Assembly (NCBI GenBank): GCA_963663035.1
Contig: OY760074.1
Span: 3,258,967-3,322,966, forward strand
Origin: Acidobacteriota bacterium
Lineage (GTDB): Bacteria; Acidobacteriota; UBA6911; RPQK01; JADFOI01
DNA length: 64,000 nt
Reading direction: 5' to 3'
Position 1 is the first letter of the stretch. Every line of letters begins with the position of its first letter. Shown here piece by piece: positions 28,146-36,943 of this stretch. The position numbers and the translations under genes were made by a program. Under the pieces are notes generated by a model. The model searched no databases. It was not told the DNA's origin and worked only from the letters and a program-made list of their open reading frames with translations.

Positions 28146-29573
28146 TCACCGGAGGTATTTATCCATCCACTCTCCGTAAACCTCTTCATGTTCCTTGGCG
28201 ATCCAGCTCCCCGGATCCGCCACGTAATCTCTTTGATAGTCCCCTTCGACATTGATCCCGGGTATGGCCGGGATCCATGCCTCCTTGAGCACCTCATCGG
28301 GATCTCCGTACTTGGCGGCTAATTGCCTGATTTCCGGATCATCCAGGACGGTTAAATGGCCCTTGTCGATGAGCTTGATGGTCTCACCATCCTCGGTTTC
28401 CATCTCAAAGGTGTTGAAGTAGGTGTGAACATGAAAATGGCCGTCAGGCATGTTGTTGTCTATTGCCCACTGCCCTCCTCCTTGAACGCCGATGCCCCAG
28501 TGAATGATCCCGGTTCTTGCTCTTTCCCAGCTTAAGATTCGGCTGGGCTGAATCATGACATTGGCGGGTCGTGCAGACTTTGGATTGGTTCCGATAGCCA
28601 CTTCATACAGCCAACCCATTCCCGGGCCGGGCATGCCCGGCCACTGGACATCCTTATATTTGTCCAGGACAGACTTCCAGTTTTCCCCATAGCTGCCGCC
28701 GGCTTCGATTCGGGTGATGTTGTTCCCGCTAATGTAAACTTTGATTTGAGGGAAAAATCCGGTGTGGTTGGAGGATCCGGCAATCACCCCTTCGGCGTCC
28801 AGAATACTCTTGGTGTCAAAAGGAGGATAAGCCGCGATATGACCTCTGCTCTGAATCCGCTCTGGATGCTCACGGTCTTCTCTTCTCACCGTCCAGGTAA
28901 TATCGGTCCCCTCCGGATCGGTGACTCTGACCTTTCTTGCCTTCAGCAGTGTGTCCCAAGTCTTCTGGTCTATAGCTTCAACGATCTCAGCAGGGTACTC
29001 GGCCGTACCCGAAATGAACTCGTCCAGCGTTTGCCATGGGATTTTTTCCCATCGAAATCCTGAATGTTCCGGGTTGCCTCCACCGGTTCCGTGGATCACC
29101 ACATGATATTCAGCAACTCCCCTGGCCAGGTCAGCAATGAAAGTCTTGGAGCGCATGGCGTTGTCTCTCAGGAAAAGGAAATATTCCAACTCCTTGATCG
29201 CTTCCCCGGGCTTCATCTCTGGGAAAAAGCTGTGATAGTCCAAAAAGAGCACATCTACTTTCCCCCCGGCTTCTCGGATCGCCATCTCCAGGGCTGCCAC
29301 AACGTTACGATCAAAGGCACTGTCCGGGGCCAGCAGAACTCTCTGGCCAGGTTGGATGCCCCAACCCACAGCAAACCCCGTCCCCTCCCTGGAGGGTCGG
29401 TTCACGATGGTTCGGGCAATCTCCAGCAAATCCTCCGGGCCGTCAACATCCCTCAGATTGGGATAGGTCGGCGCCGGATAATCAAAGGTCCGTTGTGCCA
29501 TCAGTGGAGTACTCAGAGCCACAATGGCCCACACCAGGAGCAAGCCACTTCCGGTCAAGTGTTTTGTTTTCAT
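28146..29573 (-). CDS. secreted hypothetical protein (possibly aminopeptidase-like)
   Basis: Signal peptide MKTKHLTGSGLLLVWAIVALSTPLMAQ; no family recognised with confidence. Confidence 0.4.
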   Translation of the reverse strand: MKTKHLTGSGLLLVWAIVALSTPLMAQRTFDYPAPTYPNLRDVDGPEDLLEIARTIVNRPSREGTGFAVGWGIQPGQRVLLAPDSAFDRNVVAALEMAIREAGGKVDVLFLDYHSFFPEMKPGEAIKELEYFLFLRDNAMRSKTFIADLARGVAEYHVVIHGTGGGNPEHSGFRWEKIPWQTLDEFISGTAEYPAEIVEAIDQKTWDTLLKARKVRVTDPEGTDITWTVRREDREHPERIQSRGHIAAYPPFDTKSILDAEGVIAGSSNHTGFFPQIKVYISGNNITRIEAGGSYGENWKSVLDKYKDVQWPGMPGPGMGWLYEVAIGTNPKSARPANVMIQPSRILSWERARTGIIHWGIGVQGGGQWAIDNNMPDGHFHVHTYFNTFEMETEDGETIKLIDKGHLTVLDDPEIRQLAAKYGDPDEVLKEAWIPAIPGINVEGDYQRDYVADPGSWIAKEHEEVYGEWMDKYLR

Positions 29574-29661
29574 GTCGTTGCCTCCTCGAAGGCCTGATGA
29601 TTCATTAAATAGAGTTATGACGGAAAGTATAGTCGTTGAGATCGATTAAGGAAAACAATTA

Positions 29662-29838
29662 TAGCCCGCACTATGCATAACTTTTCTGCTACAGTGTCGC
29701 AATCATTCGCGCTGACGGCGTTGTGCGACCCGCAAGCGGGTACCCCTCACACGCCTTGTCATCGCGGCGCTTGCGCCACGTCGCTACGAAAACCTAAGCA
29801 TAGTGCGGGCTAGCCGGGACCTTTGCATAATCCCGGCT
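29662..29838 (+). repeat. family-1 MITE-like repeat, copy F (shortest) plus adjacent 27-bp TIR-only mini-element (29812-29838)
   Basis: TA-GCCCGCACTATGCATA ... AAGCATAGTGCGGGC-TA-GCCGGGACCTTTGCATAATCCCGGC-TA. Confidence 0.7.
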
Positions 29839-29880
29839 AGTGCCTTCTGTGGTGACTGGGTGGGTAGCTGTTGAGAGGGG

Positions 29881-30588
29881 CTAAGCGGCAGCCAAAGACT
29901 GCAGGAGTTGGCGCTGGTCCTGGCTGTCGCACTGAAGGAATTCCAAAGCTACTGAGTTGAGTGTTTCTCCTCCACGCTCGACCTGTTTTGAGCGCAAGAT
30001 CGAGCCCACGGCATCGATTTCACAGGAGGGTTTGAAGTGGACTTTCAGCGCCAGTTTATCTCTCACTTTCAAGGGAAGGTTGGTTTCAAATTCCAATCCC
30101 CCCACACCGATATTCTGGGTCGTGAAGTTGACAAAGTGCTCACCGACCAGCTGGGAGACGGCAGCATCGATCACGGTGAGGAACAAAGGGATTCGTGCGC
30201 GAACCCGGTAAGATTTCCTGCCCTGTGCTGTTACGCCTTCGCTCCTGACCCACACTGCCACCAGCTGGCCAGGCGCGCCCATGATCTTGACAACCTTTGC
30301 ATCCCAGAAGAAGGCAACCGGCCCTTCATCCCAGTACTGGATTCGTACTCGTTCTCCTTCTCCGAAAGGGAGTTGCGAGGCCGGTTTGGCAAGCTCCAGG
30401 CAGATTTCCTCCGAGGAGCTGTGGGTCACAGTGGCCGCGACCTCTCCTTTTGATTCTGTATGGATGGATAAAACTAAGCCTGTCTTGAAGAACAGGTTTG
30501 GGTAATGACCGGAGCCTGTCTCTGGCTCTTGGCTGACTTGCGATGCTGGGTAGGGCACTTGGGGTGCCCCATGCTTTTTCAAGTTCAT
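29881..30588 (-). CDS. PilZ-domain protein (YcgR-N-like plus PilZ)
   Basis: RVRARIP (RxxxR) and NIGVGGLEF (D/NxSxGG) c-di-GMP-binding motifs. Confidence 0.6.
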   Translation of the reverse strand: MNLKKHGAPQVPYPASQVSQEPETGSGHYPNLFFKTGLVLSIHTESKGEVAATVTHSSSEEICLELAKPASQLPFGEGERVRIQYWDEGPVAFFWDAKVVKIMGAPGQLVAVWVRSEGVTAQGRKSYRVRARIPLFLTVIDAAVSQLVGEHFVNFTTQNIGVGGLEFETNLPLKVRDKLALKVHFKPSCEIDAVGSILRSKQVERGGETLNSVALEFLQCDSQDQRQLLQSLAAA

Positions 30589-30746
30589 GACTTGTCCCTC
30601 CCGCTGGTGTTTAATGCAGGAATGGGGCCAATTCCTTGCGAAGCAACTAAATCATTGAACTATTGGAAGTTATGGGATTCAAGGGAAAACTCCTGAGAAG
30701 GTGTTTTTGACAATTTTTGTCACCTTATCTAACCCTTCCTCTCACT

Positions 30747-33503
30747 CTACCGCACCGGGTTACCGGCGGCATCAACCTGATAAATCTCGCCCAGGTTCAG
30801 TTCACGAATTCCTTCTTCGATCTTAGCGAGATCGCCGACAATCACCCAAACCAGATTATCCGCATGAATGAGACTCTGCGCAGCCTGCGAGATCTGAGAG
30901 AGCTTGAGGGCCCGAAGTCTCTCCGGATAGGTCTCGTAATGATCGTCGGGGAGACCGTAGCGAACGATTGCAGCAATGGAATTGCCGATCGCGGCAATGG
31001 TTTCCCAGGAGCCAGGAAGCCTGAGAATTCGGTTCTCCCGAGTTTTGACGAACTCTTCCTCTGTGGGTGGGCGATTGGCTGTCATCTCCCGCAGTTCCTT
31101 GAGAATCTCCACGATGGACTCTTTGGTTCGGTCCGTTTGAACAGGCGCACGTACAACGAAAGGCCTCTGGCCCCGTGCGCCATAGAGGCTCGACCTGGCC
31201 CCATAGGACCAGCCCTTGTCCTCGCGCAGGTTCATATTGATGCGGGAGGTGAAGGTACCTCCAAGAATATGGTTCATGGTGTCGATGGCAAGTTCGTCCG
31301 GATTATTGGTGGGGGGTGCGATATGGGTGGCGTATATGATCGACTGTTCAGCAGCCGGTTTATTCACCAGGTAGACGGCAGATCTTACGCGGTGCTCCAC
31401 CACAGGAAGATTCTTGGCCGGGACAGGACCCGTTTGCCAAGGCTGGAAATGCTCCTCCAGCCTGGGGATGATCTCCTCCAGGGTGGTGTCGCCCACAACC
31501 ACCAGGGTGGCATTGTTGGGTTTAAACCAGGTCCGGTAGAAGTTGATCAGGTCTTCATTTCTCAGGCTGCTGACAGATTCCTCTGTTCCCGAACCGGTAT
31601 AGGGCCCTCCGTAAGGATGATTTTTCCCATAGAGGAGACCTGGAAAGACCCGAAGGCCCATTTGCGTGGGAGTGGTCTTCTCCCGCTGAATGCGGGCCAA
31701 CTGCTCTTTTTGAAGTCGTGTGAACTCCTGCTCTGGAAAAGCCGGATCGAGAATCACATCGGCGTAGAGTTCGAGTGAAGAGTCCAACTCTGACTTGAGC
31801 ACGGACAGGGAGACCGAGGAGTGATCCAGATTGGAGCCGGTCCGTAAGCGGGCACCTAGATTAGCCAGTTCCTCGCTGATCTCCAGCGCAGAACGCTTTG
31901 AGGTGCCCTCATCCAGCATGTCCATCGCCAGGCTGGCCACACCCGGCACCGAGTCCCGGTCGGCAGCATAACCCGCATCCACCAACAGGTTAAAGTTGAT
32001 CAAGGGAACGGAGCTGCGTCTGGACACGATCACCTTCAACCCATTGGCCAGTGTCGTTCTTCTCAGCTCGGGAAAATCAGGCTGGGGAGGTATTCCAGGT
32101 TGAGGGAGCTTGGAGCGGTCGACTTCAGTTCCCGTGGTTTTGAGATCGGGAAAGGGGTGAACTTCAAGAATGTAAACCCCATCTGAAAGCCACCGCCTGG
32201 CTGCCCCTGTCAAATCAGAGGGTTGGGCACTCCCCACCCTCTGCAAGGTTGTTTTGTAATAGTCGGGGCGGCCGCCATAGACCTCGTTGCTGGCCAAAAT
32301 GTCGGACTTGCCGCCAAATCCTCCCACCCGCTCGATACCTCGGATGAAACGGGACATAAACTGGGTCTGGACGCGTTGCAGTTCCCTCTCGGTTGGTCCC
32401 TGCTCGAGAAATCTTTCCAACTCTTGGTCGATGGCGGCTTCCACCCTGGCAAGCTCTTCCCCGGGACGAGCTGTGGCTCGAATCCGAAACTGGCCGCCAA
32501 TCTCCAGGAGGTCAGCGAAGGCGGACACATCCGTTGCAATCTGGTCGTCGTACACCAGCCGCTTGTAGAGTCGAGAGGTTTTTCCCGAAGCCAGAACACT
32601 TCCCACCAGGCTCAAGTAGTCGGCATCGGCCGAACCCCACTCGGGAATATTCCAGACCTTCTCAATGCGAGCCTGGGGGACATGATCCTGGACGGTCTGG
32701 CGATGGGTCCCGGTCATCTTGGCAACCCAAACCTTTTGTCGAGCCACTGGCGGTCCGGCCGGGATGTTTCCAAAATATCTTTTCACCGTGCTGAGGGCTG
32801 TTTGGGCGTCAACGTCCCCGGCAATGGCTATCACAGCATTGTTAGGACCATAGTAGCTCCTGAACCACTCCCGGACATCGTCCAGTTTCGCTGCATTCAA
32901 ATCCTCCATGGAACCGATGACCGTCCACGAATAGGGGTGGCCGGCAGGATAAGTGTTCTTAACAATCAACTCGTAGGCGACGCCGTAGGGCCGATTCTCA
33001 CCCTGGCGCTTTTCGTTTTGAACCACTCCCCGTTGTTCATCGAGCTTTTCCTGGGTGATGGCCCCCAGCAAATGTCCCATGCGATCCGATTCCATCCAGC
33101 TCGCCAGGTCCAGTGCAGAACTGGGAACATTCTGGAAATAGTTGGTCCTGTCGTTGCTGGTGGTCCCGTTGAGATCGGTGGCTCCTACGCGCTCCAAGGC
33201 CTGAAAGTAATCATTGTCGAAGTGTTCACTTCCGTTGAACATGAGATGTTCAAAGAGGTGTGCAAAACCACTTCTGCCCGGACTCTCGTCCTTGGAGCCG
33301 ACGTGATACCACACATTGACCGCCACGATCGGCACCTTGTGATCCTCATGGACGATAAGAGTCAATCCATTCTCGAGCACAAATCTCTGATACGGAATGT
33401 CAATCTCGCTGATCATGTCTTCCACACCAGTGGAGGAAGCCATGGCCAGGGTGGGCAGGCAGAAAAGGCTGAAAAGGAACGTGGTTGCTTTATGCGATTT
33501 CAT
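30747..33503 (-). CDS. secreted M16-family (pitrilysin/insulinase-like) zinc peptidase, tandem M16 units
   Basis: 918 aa; inverted zinc motif HLFEHLMF...E; signal peptide. Confidence 0.8.
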   Translation of the reverse strand: MKSHKATTFLFSLFCLPTLAMASSTGVEDMISEIDIPYQRFVLENGLTLIVHEDHKVPIVAVNVWYHVGSKDESPGRSGFAHLFEHLMFNGSEHFDNDYFQALERVGATDLNGTTSNDRTNYFQNVPSSALDLASWMESDRMGHLLGAITQEKLDEQRGVVQNEKRQGENRPYGVAYELIVKNTYPAGHPYSWTVIGSMEDLNAAKLDDVREWFRSYYGPNNAVIAIAGDVDAQTALSTVKRYFGNIPAGPPVARQKVWVAKMTGTHRQTVQDHVPQARIEKVWNIPEWGSADADYLSLVGSVLASGKTSRLYKRLVYDDQIATDVSAFADLLEIGGQFRIRATARPGEELARVEAAIDQELERFLEQGPTERELQRVQTQFMSRFIRGIERVGGFGGKSDILASNEVYGGRPDYYKTTLQRVGSAQPSDLTGAARRWLSDGVYILEVHPFPDLKTTGTEVDRSKLPQPGIPPQPDFPELRRTTLANGLKVIVSRRSSVPLINFNLLVDAGYAADRDSVPGVASLAMDMLDEGTSKRSALEISEELANLGARLRTGSNLDHSSVSLSVLKSELDSSLELYADVILDPAFPEQEFTRLQKEQLARIQREKTTPTQMGLRVFPGLLYGKNHPYGGPYTGSGTEESVSSLRNEDLINFYRTWFKPNNATLVVVGDTTLEEIIPRLEEHFQPWQTGPVPAKNLPVVEHRVRSAVYLVNKPAAEQSIIYATHIAPPTNNPDELAIDTMNHILGGTFTSRINMNLREDKGWSYGARSSLYGARGQRPFVVRAPVQTDRTKESIVEILKELREMTANRPPTEEEFVKTRENRILRLPGSWETIAAIGNSIAAIVRYGLPDDHYETYPERLRALKLSQISQAAQSLIHADNLVWVIVGDLAKIEEGIRELNLGEIYQVDAAGNPVR

Positions 33504-33662
33504 GGTCTTCTCCCCTTTTACCCAAAGGATAAGCCTTCAGAGATTCGAAGGCAACAAGGGAAACCGAACACAAAAGTCAGAAGTCAGAGGCAAAATATCC
33601 TTTGCTGGCTTGTTCAGTGTGCAGACTTCGGTCACTATATATAGAGCCACAGAGGCACTGTT

Positions 33663-34001
33663 ATGAAAAGAAAAGAGAAAAGGGTAGCAACTCGGGTTCA
33701 GGTACCGCTTGCAGGAAGCGTGACTTTTGAGGCTAAAGGAAAAGGGCTGCAAACGATTCAAGTGGTCGCTAAGGATGTTAGCGAAGACGGCACTTTCCTG
33801 TGGGTGGACAATCCCGAAACCTTCCCTCTTGTGGGTGACAAGGTAGGAATCAATCTGAGCTGCTCTTCTGATCTCAAGCGGGTGAAGCTAGCCATGGAAG
33901 CCTCTGGGATCGTTACCCGTGTGACTCGGCCCAAAGGGGGTCAACCTGGATTTGCAATCCGGTTCGAGGAAGTTCCGATCTGGGGTAAAGGAGCCAGCTA
34001 G
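33663..34001 (+). CDS. PilZ-domain protein
   Basis: RVATRVQV (RxxxR) and DVSEDGTFL (DxSxxG). Confidence 0.55.
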   Translation: MKRKEKRVATRVQVPLAGSVTFEAKGKGLQTIQVVAKDVSEDGTFLWVDNPETFPLVGDKVGINLSCSSDLKRVKLAMEASGIVTRVTRPKGGQPGFAIRFEEVPIWGKGAS

Positions 34002-34048
34002 CCCCCTCAGCCTTCCAATCTCAGACCCATCCAACTTCGGCCATACCA

Positions 34049-36647
34049 GTGGGAACCCGTATGTCGGAGGACATCTCTAAAATAAAAGAGAAGAGGAGTT
34101 TTACCCTACCAATCCGGAAGAGGCGTGCAGCTGTGAGATCCGAAGGCTATCAGGAAGTAGTGAGAAGGCCCTGGGAGGTTCTTGACCAAGAGATCTTCCC
34201 TTACCTCAATGTTGAGAGATTGTTTGCAGATGTTCGAGGGTTGAAACGCTACGGTCGCTTCTGGCATGGTTCCTGTCCCATCCACGGCGACCTGCAAGGT
34301 GCCTTCTCGATTGATCCGGAAAGACTGGAGTGGAGCTGTGCTCTGGGGTGCGGGGGAGGTGGTCCGGTCCAGTACCTGCAGAAGCTGCGCGGGCTGTCCT
34401 GGATGGACGCTGCGCGAGAACTGGCCAGTCTGGCCGGAGTAGAGCCATCAATTTTCGATCCTTGGCAAGAACACTGGACAGAAGAAGACTTTCTCCTGCA
34501 CGCGAGGTTGGAAAGCCGGTCCAGCCTGCTGGGATTCTTTATGACCTATACCCGATCTTTTTATCGGTCTCTGGCCGGTCAGACAGTCCGCAGTCATCTC
34601 ATCACCCGACAGGGTTTCCCCGAGAACAAGCTCGAGGAGCTTGATCTCGGGCTGTACACCGCCCCGGAAGACGTGTGGCACTGCCTGAAGAAGACAGGAC
34701 GTGATTTGGAAGAGGTCCGTTCGTGGGGCTTGTTTGAGGCGCCATGGAGCGGTCGCATAGTGGGTTGCTGGAAGGACCTTCAGGGCAGAAGAATTAATAT
34801 CTGGGGTTGGCAGCCCAAGGAGACTTCCACCGGACAGGCCAGTATGGAGGGACGCATCCTTTTTGAACAGGGCGATGCTTTAGGTGGGAAAAGCGTCCCC
34901 TTCAATCTGGATGTTGCTGCTGGTTTGGAAAAGCGTGATCTGCTCCTGTTGGAGAGCCCTATCAAGGCCCTCTTTACCCAGTCCCTGGGTCTTGAAGACC
35001 CCTTTCCCGTGGCGGCAGGAGGAGACCTGAACAGCGTGCAGATTGAGGCTATGCAGAAGCACCTTCGCTTGGGCGGCGCGCTGACCGTCTGTTGGGACTA
35101 TGATCCTGAGACTGACGGAACCAAAAAGGACAGAGCCTTTACCACGCTGCAACGATTGAAGAAAGCAAACTTTCCTATCTACGTCGTGAATCCGGCATGC
35201 CTGGCAGATCAGAGCAGGCCAAAGCAAAAGGTTACGGTCAATGACTTTATCCTGAGACACGGAGGAGGTGAGAAAGGGCTTCAAGCTTTTCAAGAGCTTC
35301 TTGAGAAACCAGAGAAGTATGAAGCGGAAATGATTGTCGACGGAACAGCTTTAGGAAACCAGAGCGGGATCTGGCCAGGGGTCTTGGAGATCTTTCACAG
35401 TTTCTCCTCCAGAAACTCTAGAGCCTCCGCCAAAGCAGATGAAGACGAGATCATCTCCGAACGCCTTCAAGCTCTGGAGCCCATGTTCCAAGCAGCTGAA
35501 GAGATCGGACGCAGTATAGCCAAAGGTTTCTTAGGTGGTCTACCCAGGCGTCTTGCCAATGAGTTGGCGGGCGAGGCCTCTAATGGACTGCAGCTCGCCT
35601 CACATTCCGCCGGAGAATTGGCCAGTCTTCCCGTTCAGATTTCGAGTCCCCCCACTTTCTCCGTTGATCGCCTGGGAGAGGAAACCCGTGCGGCTCCACT
35701 AGTCGAACTTTCGGGTTGGCAGGCACTGGACAATCTGGAGGTTCGCTTCAACCCGGGAGAGCTGGCCGTTTTAGGGGGGCGCACAGGGCACGGAAAAACC
35801 TCGATGCTCCTGGGTCTACTCCTGGAGTGGCTCGAGAAGGCCGCTGTACAGGGGACAGACAAGCTTTTTCTTTTCTATTCCGTGGAGGAACCGGAGGTTC
35901 GCATCTATCACCGCCTGTTGAGTCTTTTAACGGCCAGAAATGGAACGGGCTGGACCATCCATCAAGTCGAAGACTATCTGAAACAGAAAAATGGTCATCC
36001 GGTTGAGTATTCGCCCCTTGATCCGGAAACCTTGGAGGCTGCCGAAGGACGTTTCCACTCTTGGGAAGAATGTCTTCAGATTCTCTACCAGCCCACCTGG
36101 ACCATAGCAGAACTGGAGACCTATGCTCGGAATTTATCCGAGAGCCGAAAAGTGGGGGCGATTCTTGTGGATCACCTACAGCGCATTCCACCACCAAAGG
36201 GAACGCATGGCCGCCGCGATGTGGAGATTTCCACCGTCGCTCATCGCCTTAAGACCTTGGCGGTCGACCTGTCCTGTCCCATAGTCACAACTGCTCAAAT
36301 TGGGCGGCAGGCTCTTCAGCGAGCACATAAAATCCCTGCCAAACAAGCCCCTTGGGGATGTGAATGTGCTGGGAGCCATCAAAATGCGTCGTCCCCAGCT
36401 CCAACACCTGAGAGAGGGTGGAATTGAGCAAGAGGCGGACCTGGTCCTTGGACTGCTGAACTACGCGGCCGATTACCAGGCTGAGATGGAGGAACCAGGG
36501 TCGATCGCCGCCACCACACCTTTCGAGGTGGGCACCCTCAAGAACCGGTATGGGCCTGTGGGCTGTTGGGCTTCCCTTCGCTTCCAAGGGCGATTCGGAT
36601 TTTTGCAAGATCCGGGAATCCTAGCCCACCTGATGCTGGCCCTTTGA
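34049..36647 (+). CDS. T7 gp4-like primase-helicase (DnaG zinc finger plus Toprim plus DnaB-like helicase), +1/-1 frameshift near 36300-36340
   Basis: CHC2 finger CPIHGD...CALGCGGGG; Toprim E...WDYDPETDG; Walker A GGRTGHGKTS; VDHLQRI, TTAQIGRQ; the DnaB C-terminal motifs (RRPQLQHLREGGIEQEADLV, NRYGPVG) continue only in the other frame. Confidence 0.65.
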
Positions 36648-36696
36648 ATCACCAAGACGTGTTCCGGGCTAGCCCACCTGATGCTGGCCCTTTCCA

Positions 36697-36943
36697 AGCC
36701 CGCATTTCTCACACCAGGTCGTCGCGAAGCGGTGAAAGGACCGGAAAACAGAGCCGTGGGCTTTAGCCCACGGGCCCGCAGGTTAAAGCCTGCGGGCCCG
36801 ACTGGCGCGCGACAGAGTCCCCCCGCAGACGTACTCTTGAGTACGTCGAGGAGGCCGAGGGGTACCCGCTTGCGGGTCGCGCAACACAGTCAGGTCGGTT
36901 CATTGCGCCGATGCAGTAGATCGGGTGTGAGAAACGCGGGCTA
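36697..36943 (-). repeat. family-1 MITE-like repeat, copy G (variant termini AGCCCGCATTTCTCACACC / GGTGTGAGAAACGCGGGCT)
   Basis: Internal modules (CCGTGGGCTTTAGCCCACGG, CCGCAGGTTAAAGCCTGCGG, ACGTACTCTTGAGTACGT, ACCCGCTTGCGGGT) match copies A and E; termini differ but remain mutually inverted. Confidence 0.7.

Noticed and set aside
2159-36943. Possibility that the recurring repeats form a CRISPR array
   Set aside because: Copies are 200-400 bp, irregularly spaced 3-10 kb apart, in both orientations, with TIRs; no short regularly spaced direct repeats or cas genes.
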